Notes: a model not told the origin generated them from the sequence alone. A stretch of DNA of 64,000 nucleotides from an uncultured virus (IMG/VR IMGVR_UViG_3300010233_000001) (IMGVR_UViG_3300010233_000001); one strand, 5' to 3'; shown: positions 16,420 to 28,397, counted from the stretch's first letter. A program made the numbers and translations.

Positions 16420-17112
16420 TTACTTAGATCCACTTCCTGAAGTAGTTGGTGGAGTGATTGGATGACCTACTGCGTCTACGATAGGGGAGACATTCTGATT
16501 GAAGAAGTCTGCTCTCGAAGAGTTGGATGCACGATACCTGGTAGTGTTGGAGCTGATAGTGCGATACAGATCAGCAGTTCCAGCAGTCGTTGGGACGTAG
16601 TTCAAGGTGTTCCGAGTAGAGACTCCGAGGTTCTGTCCAGCCGTGATAGCATCAATGTTGGCGCCCATGAAAACGAATTCCCAATTGTAAACATCCTTCT
16701 GATGCTGAACCATTTCCTTGATCTTCTCGGGGGAGAAGGATCTGCTGGAGTTTTCGTGACCATCGGTGATGACGAGGAAGAGAACCTTAGACGGTCTCTC
16801 AGATTCATCCATAGCAGCCAGCTTGGTACCGACTGACTCAATGGTGGAGCCAAGGGCGTCTAGCAAAGCAGTACCACCAGATGGTGCATAGGTTTTGGCA
16901 TCTAGTGAAGGGACGCTGCCCAACTTGACGAAGTCGTGAACTAGATGGGCGGCGGTGTTGAAGGAACAGAGAGTGAGGGTCGCTTCTCCTGGAAAAGCCT
17001 TCTGCTCATCGAGGAAGGTATTGAAGCTTCCGATGGTGTCGAATTGCAGATGCTGCATAGAGCCTGAGGCATCGATAATAACATTGATAGAGGTAAAATT
17101 TTCACGAGTCAT
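16420..17112 (-). CDS. von Willebrand factor A domain protein
   Basis: IIDASGSM, GGTALLDALG, VITDGHENSS. Confidence 0.9.
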   Translation of the reverse strand: MTRENFTSINVIIDASGSMQHLQFDTIGSFNTFLDEQKAFPGEATLTLCSFNTAAHLVHDFVKLGSVPSLDAKTYAPSGGTALLDALGSTIESVGTKLAAMDESERPSKVLFLVITDGHENSSRSFSPEKIKEMVQHQKDVYNWEFVFMGANIDAITAGQNLGVSTRNTLNYVPTTAGTADLYRTISSNTTRYRASNSSRADFFNQNVSPIVDAVGHPITPPTTSGSGSK

Positions 17113-17303
17113 GCTGAGGTTTCCTTTTGTTAAAATATTATTCAGCTTAGATATAACCGCATAGTCAAACGTTTTCAAACAAAAAACAAAGTGATATCAT
17201 TGATCAATTCATGTCGCATAATTTTAATATTAGTTCTTAAGTAGAAGTAACTAATATTTTTGTATTAACTTGAAAAATTAAAAAACTATAATAGGGGAAT
17301 TAA

Positions 17304-18611
17304 ATGACCAATTGTTCTTGCGACACTTTTATATCAACTACAACTTCACCAGCATGCTACGTAGAAAATAGCGGGGGTGGTGTAGGCATTAATGTTTTAA
17401 GTATCAGCTCCGGATCCGCAGCTGTCATATCAAATACTAATACTGGCAACGCATGTCAGATGACACAGTTGACAGGTAATGCGGCAGATACTTTACAAAT
17501 TGGAAACAAATCATCATACAATAGTGGAATCTATTGCTATCAACAAGGTAATGGTAATGCTATAGCCGCAACTTCTTCTGGAGCCGGTATCTGTGTTTAT
17601 GCGTGGAATACGAGCACAGGAGCGGCTATTGTGGCAAGTGGTAATGCTGGTGTAGGAATTTCTGCTGGCAGCACATCTAATGATGCAATAGACGCCACTG
17701 TTACAACAACGAATGCAGTTAAAGGAACCGCTACAACTGGCACAGGAATTAGAGGCCTTGCAACTATTGGTAATGGTGTCGCTGGCGCCAGTAGTGATAG
17801 TGCAAATGGAAACGGCGTATATGGAACGAGTGCCGCTTCTGGTGGATCTGGTGTTTATGGAGTAAATACTAATCTAACAAGTGGCTCTGCTATATATGGC
17901 GTATGTAACGCTACAAATGGATATGGTATTTCTGGATCTGGATCTGGAACCAACGGAACCGGAGTTTATGGATATTCAAATGGTGGTACCAATTCAAACG
18001 GCGTTTATGGATATGCTACAGGTGGAACTGGAGTTTATGCTTACTCTAGCTCTGGTGGTTGCGGTGTTCTTGCCAAATCACCATCGGTAACTGGATACGG
18101 CGTATATTGTTCCGGTGGAGCTTATTCCCTATATGCTACAAGCGCGGCTTATGTTGGAGGCTATCTAACAAAAGCGGGCGGTGGCTATAGAGTAGATCAT
18201 CCAACCGATCCTGAGAATAAATTTCTCAATCATTGTTTCGTCGAATCACCTGAGATGAAAAACGTTTATGATGGAGTTTCCACACTCGATACTAGCGGTG
18301 TTGCCGTTATAAAGATGCCGTCTTATTTTGAGGCGGCAAATTCTGATTATAGATATCAGCTAACAGCAATTGGAGCTGCTATGCCAGATCTTCATGTTGC
18401 AAGTGAGATGGCAAACGGTCAATTTACAGTGGCTGGCGGTAAAGCCGGAATGAAAGTATCATGGCAAGTAACAGGCGTTAGAGCTGATAAATGGGCTCTT
18501 GCCAATCATCCTGGCGTAGAAATTACTAAAAAGCCTGAAGAAAAGGGCAAATATATGCACCCAGAATTATTCGGCAAAGATAAAACTTTTTCATTAAATG
18601 AAAAGGCATAA
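17304..18611 (+). CDS. Gly/Ser-rich repeat (beta-helix-like) fibre or virion protein
   Basis: Repeated GxGVYG and C-terminal RVDHPTDPENKFLNHCFVESPEMKNVYDG domain. Confidence 0.6.
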   Translation: MTNCSCDTFISTTTSPACYVENSGGGVGINVLSISSGSAAVISNTNTGNACQMTQLTGNAADTLQIGNKSSYNSGIYCYQQGNGNAIAATSSGAGICVYAWNTSTGAAIVASGNAGVGISAGSTSNDAIDATVTTTNAVKGTATTGTGIRGLATIGNGVAGASSDSANGNGVYGTSAASGGSGVYGVNTNLTSGSAIYGVCNATNGYGISGSGSGTNGTGVYGYSNGGTNSNGVYGYATGGTGVYAYSSSGGCGVLAKSPSVTGYGVYCSGGAYSLYATSAAYVGGYLTKAGGGYRVDHPTDPENKFLNHCFVESPEMKNVYDGVSTLDTSGVAVIKMPSYFEAANSDYRYQLTAIGAAMPDLHVASEMANGQFTVAGGKAGMKVSWQVTGVRADKWALANHPGVEITKKPEEKGKYMHPELFGKDKTFSLNEKA

Positions 18612-18634
18612 GACATCTTAACCAAATAAGAGCG

Positions 18635-18898
18635 CTAAATTAGCGGGTCGCTTACCTGATAAGTAAGTTTTTCCTCTCTTGGAAGCTGTTTGATTTTGTA
18701 TTCTATTTTGAGTGCTTCACTTTTAGTGGCGCACTCAAAAGACTTCTTGAGGACAACAGGCCCACGACTCTTCGTGTATTTAGCTCCACGACCAGTGTTG
18801 TGCTTTTCAATACGCTTGGAGATATCGGTAGTGATCCCAGTATAGAGAGTCTTATCGGCGTCATTACACTCTACAATATAGACATACCAAGCGCTCAA
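18635..18898 (-). CDS. Small GIY-YIG nuclease (UPF0213-like)
   Basis: YVYIVEC...LYTGITTDISKRIEKHNTGRGAKYT. Confidence 0.9.
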   Translation of the reverse strand: MSAWYVYIVECNDADKTLYTGITTDISKRIEKHNTGRGAKYTKSRGPVVLKKSFECATKSEALKIEYKIKQLPREEKLTYQVSDPLI

Positions 18899-19325
18899 TC
18901 GCTCTCCACTTCTGCAATGTAGTATTCTTTAGGATAGGCGTATCCAAATATTTCTTCCATCTCTGACATAGGAACAGAAAAGTAGTCTCCCATATCAGCC
19001 AAGATCTTTTTGACGCCTTCAGCCCTTAGCTCTTGATGCTTGCGAACTACTTCCGCATGTTCTATAGCATAAGCGTTGTTCCACTGACCGTGGGCCCAGA
19101 CCAAAGGTCGAGGGGTTAGCTCAGCATACTTTGGTTCCACAGGAGGCGGAAGAGTGAAATCGAGAGCTTCGATCTGGCCCTTGACATACTTATAGATAGT
19201 GCCGAAATGCTGGTTACGCTTCAGCAATTCCTCATGCTTGTCTTCCACTTTGGATTTGGAAGTGGAAGCAAAGATTTTAATATCGTCATCTTCATAATCA
19301 TAACCTGATTGCATCAGCACATAAA

Positions 19326-20213
19326 TCATAGGGTGATCTCCGGGAACGCATCCTTGAAAGTTTCATATAGAACGGGTGGCTGCCTGGTATCGTAGACAGC
19401 AAAACAAACGTGCTCGAAAGCAGGAACTTTGCTCAGAGCAATGGTAAAAGCTGCTGCTACTTGCTCTGCGCTATTCCCAAAAGCTCCGCAACCCCAAGCG
19501 CCTAGGATGATGTTTTTGTGTCCGTGAAGTTCGGCAACCTGAAGAACCTTGGTGGCTCGACTAACCAAAGTCGCCCCAAGAGTGGAATTCAACTCTTCGT
19601 CTTCTTGCCAAGTCTTGGGCGCTTTCATAGCAGTAACATTTGGGGCAGGCGCAGTGATGAGAGATAGCTCGAAGGGATTTTCCAGGAACAAAAGGCGTTC
19701 ATCACGGATGAATGGCACCTTAGGAGAGTAGATCACTCCGTCTGTATAGAGAGTGTCTGGGGATAGAATATTGTCATTGTAGAAGACTGGCTTGTTCTTG
19801 AGACAAGCATAAAGTCCTGAACAACGGCACAAATCTTCTTCTTGGGCAAGAGCCCCCGCAATGAATCCGCCGCCCACATTTTTGGCCGCTGCAAAATTGA
19901 GGGCCACTAAATCTGTTTTACCGAGTGTAAGCAGACGGACTGCTGCTTGAGCGGTGGTCTCGTTAGTTACTTCAAATTTAGGAATGATGGTTGGTAGGTT
20001 CTTGAGTGGTAGGCTATTACGATAATATAGGGTTCCTTTTACAGCAGCTTCCATGGAGATCGAAATATCTACTTGTTTACCGCTCAGGGCGGTATAGTTT
20101 CCCTGTTTCAGTATATCAATCTGCTCTTTAGCAATATTGGAATATTTGCTTCTGGTATTCATAGCTGCTACCGCTACTTGACCCACTGGTTTGATCTTAA
20201 ACATGATTATCAC
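19326..20213 (-). CDS. TIGR02452/DUF2263 microbial PARG-type macrodomain
   Basis: LNFAAAKNVGGGF..GALAQEEDLCRCS...ILGAWGCGAFGN. Confidence 0.9.
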   Translation of the reverse strand: MIIMFKIKPVGQVAVAAMNTRSKYSNIAKEQIDILKQGNYTALSGKQVDISISMEAAVKGTLYYRNSLPLKNLPTIIPKFEVTNETTAQAAVRLLTLGKTDLVALNFAAAKNVGGGFIAGALAQEEDLCRCSGLYACLKNKPVFYNDNILSPDTLYTDGVIYSPKVPFIRDERLLFLENPFELSLITAPAPNVTAMKAPKTWQEDEELNSTLGATLVSRATKVLQVAELHGHKNIILGAWGCGAFGNSAEQVAAAFTIALSKVPAFEHVCFAVYDTRQPPVLYETFKDAFPEITL

Positions 20214-20484
20214 ACCTTTTTATTACGTCTCTTCATAAGAGGAGCTTTCATTATAATAGCTATTAGAAGTACCTAAATAACTAACAGTAACACTACTTAG
20301 TCTCTAAGAACATATGATTTTGAACCACATGGACATTCGAGAATGAATTTATCTTCGTGTACCTTTTTTAGATCTTCTTCGTCTTCCAGGCCCACACTTA
20401 CTATCATTTGACATTCATGGCATTTAAAAAGGAATTTCCGTTTCTTGTCGGTGAACATAAAGATATGCTAGAATTTTAGCATGA

Positions 20485-21675
20485 CTAAAATGCCAAAACA
20501 GATAATATCTGACCAAGCGTTGACCAATCGACCAACTTATTATCCACTAATTCCTGGACAGTATACACCTCAATAAAGGTCATTTCAGTATCTTCAATGT
20601 TGCCATAAACAATTCCTTTTTGATCTTTGAACCAATCCATTTCTCGTGATTTTAATTTGACCGAAAAAAGATTTGATTTGTGAGCCGAGAAAGTTCCGGC
20701 CAATTGGCGGGCTCCGTGACTGTCAAGACGGGATGGATCTAACTCAAATCCAGTCTCCTCTTTGATTTCTTCTACGGCAGTAGCGGCAGGATCTCTTTCT
20801 TTGCGAGAAGAGCCAGCTGGCAATTCTCTAATGAATCCATCCTCTGTTGAGGCAGGAGAACGGAACTCTTTGACCAAGACTACCTGGTAATCAAAGACAG
20901 AATCTCCATCAGGCGGATCATAATACATCAATACAGAAGAGGTGCTAGGACGAGAACAAACTATTTCATTGGCTTTGATACGATCTTCGGAGGTCACATA
21001 AACTTCCACTTTGAGTATCCAAAGAAAAGTAAACTTCTTGAAGCCGGGGCGGAACGTATAAAGAAGCCTGGCGTTCTCTAGACGATTGCTGGCTCCGGTT
21101 TGAGCCTGGTACCACTCTTGGAAGCTATCCAATTTCCAGACAAAGAGAGGAACGAATCGTTCGCCTCCTGAACGCTCGGCACCATCTCCCACCATTTCCA
21201 TGGCGTCATCCATGCAATCGGCTAGAGTCTCGGAGACTGGAGCGTTGTAAACTTCCGAGTAATGTTTGAGGTAACCGTTTTTCTCTGAATCAGTAGAACA
21301 ACCAAAAACTATCTTCCCTGAGTCTGCCCAGGCTCCAAATTCTACATTCGTAGTAAAAGCTGGCAATTTCAAATTACCATCCTTATCCAAGGATAAATCT
21401 CTTGGAACCCAGAAAACTATGCAATCTGCTACGTTCAGATATTTTTCTTCCCAATTGATTTGGTTGTCATAACTGAAGCTTTTATCAAATTTCCCATCTC
21501 TATTTTCTGGGCAAAACACAAGTCCGTCGTATCCTTTATGGTCTAAAATTTGCAGGGCATTTTTACGCCAAGATTCCATTTCTTTTTCTTGACCGGGACG
21601 AAGTGAAGGCCCAGCCAAAAAAATGCTTTTTGTAATAGTTTCGGGCATTTCCTCGCCTGTATAAACAACTTGCAT
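20485..21675 (-). CDS. Nucleoside 2-deoxyribosyltransferase-like plus Nudix fusion
   Basis: SIFLAGP...SWR...QINWE...TTNVEFG and C-terminal ELPAG...AVEEIKEETG. Confidence 0.8.
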   Translation of the reverse strand: MQVVYTGEEMPETITKSIFLAGPSLRPGQEKEMESWRKNALQILDHKGYDGLVFCPENRDGKFDKSFSYDNQINWEEKYLNVADCIVFWVPRDLSLDKDGNLKLPAFTTNVEFGAWADSGKIVFGCSTDSEKNGYLKHYSEVYNAPVSETLADCMDDAMEMVGDGAERSGGERFVPLFVWKLDSFQEWYQAQTGASNRLENARLLYTFRPGFKKFTFLWILKVEVYVTSEDRIKANEIVCSRPSTSSVLMYYDPPDGDSVFDYQVVLVKEFRSPASTEDGFIRELPAGSSRKERDPAATAVEEIKEETGFELDPSRLDSHGARQLAGTFSAHKSNLFSVKLKSREMDWFKDQKGIVYGNIEDTEMTFIEVYTVQELVDNKLVDWSTLGQILSVLAF

Positions 21676-21952
21676 TACTCTTCTTCCTTATCTAAATATC
21701 CGCTATCACAATGAGAACATGGACCAGGCTCCATAGCCCATGGAGAACCCGTATACTCTGTATTATGTCCAGCGCAAACCCAACAAATGGTTCTTTTACA
21801 GCGGGCACACTTTCCACCACGAATGCGATCGCCCTTCTCATCTATATGAATATCCCAGCCACAACTAGTTTTTTTATCGGCCATGTTATCTCCTGTGGTC
21901 ATAATACCATATATATAACGAATATTACCCGTCTAACAATCTGTGGGAAAAG

Positions 21953-24178
21953 ATGACCTATTTACCAAACTTACTAAAAAAGATCGATAATTTCTGTAGC
22001 CTGACTGATCGTTTGGAAACAATGGCTCAGGATTATAGTAGCGGCTATTCCTCACCAGACGAACCTGAAGAAGAATCGGTAGACGAAGAAGGCGATAATC
22101 CACCCCATTATGATGAGTTGATGAATCTATCTCGTCAGGTAGACGATCCAGAACTTTCTCAGCAACTACAGACATTGGCTGAGCTATATAGATATGCCAT
22201 TCAGTTGGGTGGTGGTTATTCTACTATCGCAATGGCGATCAATAACTTGAAGACCATGTATGGTGACGGTTCTGATTCTGATATTGAAGATACTCTCAAT
22301 GGTATGATTAGAGAGCTGGCTAAAGCTGCTGGTGGCATCAAGGCTCTTTCTGGCAAAGACAATCCATCTTTCGTTCAGAGGCTTGTCCAGTTGAAACAAG
22401 ACATTGAAGCTCGTAATCAAGAGGAGCGCTCAGGGGCCTTGGATGCTTACCAAGAAGAAATTAGTGGTAAAGGTTCCGGGGCTCAGACTGATGAGACCTC
22501 ACAAGAACTTGCAGAGGCTGGTCTCACACCGGAGCAAGCTGATATTGTCAATCCAGCTGCTTTAGGATTTGCTGACAAAGAAGACCCAAAGACTAACAAA
22601 GGGTGGCATACGACTGGTAGTGGCAAAGCTTACAAAAATTGGAAAGAGTATTACAACAATGAGCGCGTTTCTTACGAAGCCGACTTAGTCGATGAAACTG
22701 ACCCTGACATTCGACAGACTCTTGAACAACTCATCAAATTATTGCCAACTATTTCTGATACTACTCAACAGGCCCTTGATCTATCTAATGCCCTTAGAAG
22801 TGATGTAGACAAACCTGAAGAGCAGGCTCGTGTGCGAGGCGCTCTTGATGAGAGCAATGCTCAATTACAGAGGCTTAAGTATGTTCGTCGTGGTCTTAGA
22901 AATAGAATCCGCAATATTCAGCTACAGAAAGAAAAACAAAAAATCTCTAGCGAATTGCAAGATGCTTCTCAAAAATATGAAACATCTGCCGACCCAGAAA
23001 GAAAAGAAAAATTCAGAAGAGAAACAGAGGCCCTCAAACAAAAATTGGCCCTCAATGAATTATCTCAAAGCACAGATGTTTACAAAGCTAAAGAAAGAAA
23101 CTATCGTTTAGAAATGCTTCGTCAAATGTCTGGTGGCGCTTTTCCAGCTAAAGATTGGATTGAGAAGCAACAACAAAAAATTGATGCTGCGGCTAAACAA
23201 CGTAAAAGTAAGGTTGCTTATGACAGAGAACAGTCTGTACTACGAGGTCAAGAACACGGCAAGATTGGTCCAGTTCCTGAAAGACAGAAAGGTAGACGAG
23301 GTGGTGGTAGAGCTGATGAAAAACTCAACCAATACAACATCGAGAAGGCTACTTTCGGAGGTTTGCTTGACAAGTTAGGCGAGAAGATTGGTACCGCGGC
23401 CCACGTGGCTCGTCTCAATGTTACTCAGGAAAAGAATAAGTTACATAACTCTCTCAAACCATTGGTAGAGATTATTGGCAAAACTATTCAGAATTCCAAC
23501 AAGATAAAAGATAAGCTAAGAACTGAAAACAATCCAGCTTCTAGAGATAGGCTCAATCAGTTGTGGACTACTGAGAATAAAGCTAAATACGATGCCATCA
23601 GAAATCTGAAAGCTCAAATGAAAGAGTGGGCTGCTCGCGCTGTAGCTATCAAAGCTTTAGAGAGAAATGTTCGATGGCTCCCACACTTCAAGAAAAACCA
23701 ACTTGATTTAGAGTCAATTGCAGGGTGGAAGACTGATCAGGGTTGGCAGCTTGATGGAGATAAGGCAACCAGAGTTGCCGAAATCATCAACAACTCTACC
23801 AGATTGTTAGATCGATATGACCGCACTTATGGTGATGTAGCTAGAAAAGCAATCACTCCAGGTGCGCCAATGCCTCTTGAAATCTCTTTTGATAGCGCCG
23901 TTCAATACATGAAGACGGTCATTGCTGTGCTATGTAAAGAGACGGGCATCTATCCTAATAGCGCTGAAGCTTCTTTTGATTTGGATTCTGGTTCTAACAA
24001 AAATAGAATCAAGATTCTATCTAAGATATTAACAAGCCAACAACTTTTCAAGCTGGCACAAGAAGCTGAGACCACTGACCCAACTCAAGCCAATCAAATC
24101 GCTGAAGAAATCTTCGACAGGCTTTTTGAAGAAGTTCTCCAAGAGACTGGGCTCAAGGAAGCTTTGACAGCTCAGTGA
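21953..24178 (+). CDS. Large coiled-coil hypothetical protein, 741 aa
   Basis: Long ORF rich in charged helical sequence, counter-oriented to its neighbours. Confidence 0.7.
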   Translation: MTYLPNLLKKIDNFCSLTDRLETMAQDYSSGYSSPDEPEEESVDEEGDNPPHYDELMNLSRQVDDPELSQQLQTLAELYRYAIQLGGGYSTIAMAINNLKTMYGDGSDSDIEDTLNGMIRELAKAAGGIKALSGKDNPSFVQRLVQLKQDIEARNQEERSGALDAYQEEISGKGSGAQTDETSQELAEAGLTPEQADIVNPAALGFADKEDPKTNKGWHTTGSGKAYKNWKEYYNNERVSYEADLVDETDPDIRQTLEQLIKLLPTISDTTQQALDLSNALRSDVDKPEEQARVRGALDESNAQLQRLKYVRRGLRNRIRNIQLQKEKQKISSELQDASQKYETSADPERKEKFRRETEALKQKLALNELSQSTDVYKAKERNYRLEMLRQMSGGAFPAKDWIEKQQQKIDAAAKQRKSKVAYDREQSVLRGQEHGKIGPVPERQKGRRGGGRADEKLNQYNIEKATFGGLLDKLGEKIGTAAHVARLNVTQEKNKLHNSLKPLVEIIGKTIQNSNKIKDKLRTENNPASRDRLNQLWTTENKAKYDAIRNLKAQMKEWAARAVAIKALERNVRWLPHFKKNQLDLESIAGWKTDQGWQLDGDKATRVAEIINNSTRLLDRYDRTYGDVARKAITPGAPMPLEISFDSAVQYMKTVIAVLCKETGIYPNSAEASFDLDSGSNKNRIKILSKILTSQQLFKLAQEAETTDPTQANQIAEEIFDRLFEEVLQETGLKEALTAQ

Positions 24179-24905
24179 TACGTTCTTCAGCTTTTTTGCA
24201 ATAATCTTCTGAGATATCGATGCCGATATACTTCTTATTGAACTTCAAGCAAGAAATAGCGGAAGTTCCCGAACCCATAAATGGGTCCAGTACTAATTCC
24301 CCACGAGTAGCTTGCACACAACGATCGGCTAATTCCACCGGAAAAGCTGCTGGATGCCAACTCTTTCTTTCTTGAGTGATATCCCAGACGTCTCCCATAC
24401 GATTGACCTTGGGAGCCAACTTGAACTTGGGCTTGGCAATCACATAAATAGGTTCGTAGGTCGGCAGATAATATCCTTCATTGAAGTTGATTCCGCCAGC
24501 TTTCTTCCAAATTATAATTTGACGAATGGGTAGGCCTTCCACAATCTCCGGGCGCATCTGCCAGATTCCTTTTTGGACTCGCCACTTTTGGTTGTAGAAA
24601 ATAGCTCCCGTATCTTTGATGACGCGAAAGCATTCAGCCAGAATCTTTTTTTGCCAGACGATATACTCGTTCTCCGGCATGTAATCGTTATGTACATCAT
24701 AACCAGAAGACTGTAGTTTGGACTTATTCCACTTGCCTTTCCAATTTTTGGTAATATCTTCACCAAAAGTCTTGTTAATTCCAAGATTATAGGGAGGGCT
24801 TGTAACGACCAGATCAACGGAGCTATCAGGAATATTCTTCATAACTTCTAAACAATCTCCACAAATGATTTTGTTTTCGAAATCTTTAGGAAAGACCATG
24901 AACAA
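24153..24905 (-). CDS. DNA N4-cytosine/N6-adenine methyltransferase (beta class)
   Basis: VTSPPYN...HPAAFP...VLDPFMGSGT. Confidence 0.92.
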   Translation of the reverse strand: MFMVFPKDFENKIICGDCLEVMKNIPDSSVDLVVTSPPYNLGINKTFGEDITKNWKGKWNKSKLQSSGYDVHNDYMPENEYIVWQKKILAECFRVIKDTGAIFYNQKWRVQKGIWQMRPEIVEGLPIRQIIIWKKAGGINFNEGYYLPTYEPIYVIAKPKFKLAPKVNRMGDVWDITQERKSWHPAAFPVELADRCVQATRGELVLDPFMGSGTSAISCLKFNKKYIGIDISEDYCKKAEERITELSKLP

Positions 24906-25485
24906 TTTCCTTAATCTTTTCTTTGAGGTGAGAAATTACCCGACTGATTGACTTGACAATAAAGACACTATTCTGAGCCCCCATCGCCTTGATATGATCC
25001 GAGTCTTCTCCATGAATCTTGAAGTTATATTCTAGCCATCTATCTTTGATAATCAAGTTAGCTGCCGACATCCAAAAACAATAATCTCGGATAACAGATG
25101 TCCCAATATTTTCACAGTCTCTGTAGTCCGTATCGTTGTCAGATCGATTGAGGAAGATAACTACGTCCTGCTTGAAGTCAAACAAGGACGCGAAATCTCT
25201 GGGAGAAGAGATGCCGTCGATGATACAGGTCGCATCTCTTCCACTAATTTCAATTATCTCATTGATGTAATCGATAACAAATTGCGGATTGATCAAAGTA
25301 CGAATCGCTAGATAGGACTGATACTCATCTTCATATTGCTGGATATGTTCTCCCGGTTTACGATCACGAAAGGTAGATCGAACCCATGACATAGCATTGA
25401 TATAATGATATCCATATTCATCAACAATTGCCTTAGCAATTGTCGTTCGACCACTTTTTGGGAGACCAATGATGAAGATTTTCAT
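24886..25485 (-). CDS. P-loop nucleotide kinase-like protein
   Basis: IFIIGLPKSGRTT...IIDG. Confidence 0.6.
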   Translation of the reverse strand: MKIFIIGLPKSGRTTIAKAIVDEYGYHYINAMSWVRSTFRDRKPGEHIQQYEDEYQSYLAIRTLINPQFVIDYINEIIEISGRDATCIIDGISSPRDFASLFDFKQDVVIFLNRSDNDTDYRDCENIGTSVIRDYCFWMSAANLIIKDRWLEYNFKIHGEDSDHIKAMGAQNSVFIVKSISRVISHLKEKIKEIVHGLS

Positions 25486-25901
25486 AGCACTACATTCTCA
25501 TATATCGACATCTAGGGCAGAAGAATTTCTTGAATTTCATTACATCTAGTCGCTACTTGTTCATGAGTATAAATTATATTTTTCTTAAAGAGAGCAAGCT
25601 CAAATGAATGAGTAATCAAAGCATAAGCTTCAGCGCGAGCCTCACGGATAGTTGAGAAAATAACATGACTGCAATAGATAGGTGGAACCATTATCTTTTC
25701 TTTAGCACTTGAAATTTCTTTAGGCTCGTAAAGAGTTTCTGGTTTCAGAATACGAAATTTGAATTCGCCTTCTGGAAGCCACATAACTGATGGGTCTTCT
25801 ACTGCCAAAATCATTTCTCCATCCACCTCTACGATAAGAGGAGATTCTGTTATCTTGCATTGAACGGGAAGGAACCTAGTATAAACTATAAATTTTCTCA
25901 T

Positions 25902-26834
25902 TTAGTATCTAAGGCAGTCAAAAGTATTTATGTATTTAGGCCACGATTTGTTGTTGATGATTGACTCAAAAGACATTCTAGCAAACTCTTGCTTGAGGTT
26001 GGCAAAATTACGAATGCCTTCCTTCAGAACAATTTCTTCAGGAGGAACTGAACGGAACTCAATCAACTGACGATTGATATTGAAATTGGCTCGGTTCTCT
26101 TGAACGTCCATAAACTTCCTGAAAACTTCAGGATTGTTGACGGCATCCAGGGCTTTCTTAGGTTTGAGTAAACCTGGGATATTATCTGACTTATCGCCGT
26201 TAAGGCATTTCCAAACCACATAGGGATAGGATGGCGCCTCCATAGCTTCTTTCTTGATCGGATTGTAAATCAAGAGGTTCTTGTAGCCCTTTTGTAGAAG
26301 CTGGATGTAATCCGAGTCGTTGCTCAGAACTGTCAAGTCTTCTTCCTTCATGTCTTCGCACAAAGAACTAATGACATCGTCAGCCTCATAGGCAGAGGCT
26401 CGGGCAATAGTAATAGGAAAGTATTGAAGGAGACGGACAATCTCTTCTTTAGTTTGGAAAAACTTGTCCATCGTTTCTTTCTTGGCAGCTTGCTTGACCA
26501 GACGGTTAGCCTTGTAATCTGCAAAGAGATCGTATCTGAATTGCGGGTGCCCTTCTAAAACGAAGAAGCATTTGTCGGGGGCAATGTCTTCAATGATGGG
26601 GCGGAGGTTGCGGAAGAAGTTGTAGATGAAGACATACTTCTCGCCATAGCACGTGCCATCTGATAGATCCCACCTAGCTCCGCAAGTACAGTGTTCGATT
26701 GCGTCGCCACCCAATCCATGTTGGCAGAGACCTTCGTTATAATCAAGACAAGGCTCATGTTTTCTGGGTGGCCCAAAGCTAACGCAAGCTCGCCAAATAA
26801 AATTTAATCCATCAATCAGCAGAACATTATCCAT
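25902..26834 (-). CDS. 5'-3' exonuclease / flap endonuclease (T4 RNase H, PolA N-terminal family)
   Basis: LLIDGLN, YKANR, YEADDVI, SNDSDYIQL, GDKSDNIPG. Confidence 0.92.
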   Translation of the reverse strand: MDNVLLIDGLNFIWRACVSFGPPRKHEPCLDYNEGLCQHGLGGDAIEHCTCGARWDLSDGTCYGEKYVFIYNFFRNLRPIIEDIAPDKCFFVLEGHPQFRYDLFADYKANRLVKQAAKKETMDKFFQTKEEIVRLLQYFPITIARASAYEADDVISSLCEDMKEEDLTVLSNDSDYIQLLQKGYKNLLIYNPIKKEAMEAPSYPYVVWKCLNGDKSDNIPGLLKPKKALDAVNNPEVFRKFMDVQENRANFNINRQLIEFRSVPPEEIVLKEGIRNFANLKQEFARMSFESIINNKSWPKYINTFDCLRY

Positions 26835-27090
26835 TAGCCCGGACCGCGATTGATATAAGGGGCCGGCTCTTTCACCAGTAGGGCTGTGTAAAAATACGCA
26901 TCCTTTAGACTGTTATAGGTCGTAGAATGACTTACGACCATCCAGCCTTCTTTAGGTATAAGATTTAACCGCAATGACAGATCGTAGTAATCAGAAATCA
27001 TTTTGTGCTTCGTATCTCTCATTTTACATATTCTCGGAAGACAAAAGAAAAGCGGGCTAAGTGACTAGCTTGCCCGCTTTCCCAGCTCAA

Positions 27091-27504
27091 TTAAGAGTTG
27101 TTAGTGTCATTGGTATTTTGTTTAGCGGCTTCAATAGCGGCTTGAGCTTCGGCTTTCTTACGAGTCACTTCTGCGTCAAGCTGAGCATTGATTTCGGCCT
27201 TGGCTTTTTCCTTGGCTTCTCGTACCGCTTCCTTTTTCTGCTTCTCAGACATCTTCATAATGCCGCCGTGTGCACCACGAGTAACATACCAATCAGGATG
27301 ATTACGAATGTAATCTCTGATAAGAGGATCTTTAGAACGAAGTTCTTTGTCATCCCAACTCATTTTAATTTGGATCATTCCTAGCAACGCCGGGAATTGA
27401 TAACAACCCTCACCAATCCAAGCGTTGAGAGTTTCATCTACAACTGCAAAAATTGGTTCTAGAGACGCAAAATAAGATTCAACATGTACTGGTCTTCCAC
27501 TCAT
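27091..27504 (-). CDS. Small protein with an RGxxGG wing-like motif
   Basis: VTRGAHGGI, resembling 53703 and 54462. Confidence 0.5.
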   Translation of the reverse strand: MSGRPVHVESYFASLEPIFAVVDETLNAWIGEGCYQFPALLGMIQIKMSWDDKELRSKDPLIRDYIRNHPDWYVTRGAHGGIMKMSEKQKKEAVREAKEKAKAEINAQLDAEVTRKKAEAQAAIEAAKQNTNDTNNS

Positions 27505-28397
27505 ATATTCTAACTCCTTGCACTTATGTAAGCCCTAATTTTTGGTTGTAGATAAATATAGGCATGTACAACCACGGCACTAAAGACCGCTGCTACCAGC
27601 GATGCGCCTTTACTCCAGCCGGCTACAGCTATTAGCTGTATAAAAACTACTCCAGCTACTGCCGAAGCAATAGCCGTGTTAGCAAATACCAACATAATGA
27701 TGACTGGAATAATAGCTAGTGCACTGGCCAGTTCATTATTGGAATGGGTGACCATATTAAACTCTAGTGAAACGTCCTAGAACATCTCTCTTGTTATGAT
27801 AATTACGAGAGGTCTGATTCGGATTACTAACTGACTTGGTCTTAACTTGTTTACCACTAGACTCTAGGGCGTATAGCTCACCTAAAGTAAAGATAAATGT
27901 ACTGCTATTACGGACCAACTCATTGGAAACGGCTAGAGGATCTCCTCCATTGGATAACTTATTCTGAACCTCACGTGCAAGAGTTTCAATTTGTTGGGCA
28001 TACTTGGTAAGTTCATTACGAACAACGCTACTATTTGACATGGTCTAATCTCCTAATTTCTAACGAAAATCTCTATGAATATAAACACGGATCTTTGGTG
28101 TGGCAAGAGCCACACAAACTTTTTTAATTGGCGTTGCCTGGTCCTTTAAGTCCTCCCAGAAGTTTATTTAGGAAATCCTTATCGGAAGTTCCAGAAGACG
28201 GACCAGCAACCAAGTGCTGAATATCTCCCATTAATAATCCAGCCTCTGTCAGAATGCCGGCGGCCAGACCAGTTGCTTTATTAAGTGATACTACCCACTC
28301 AATTTTATCAGCATGGACATCGGTTTTGATGCCATCTGCTGTAGTCAATTCTGACTCAAGTTCAGATACAAGTCTCTTCAAAATCGTCAAATCTACC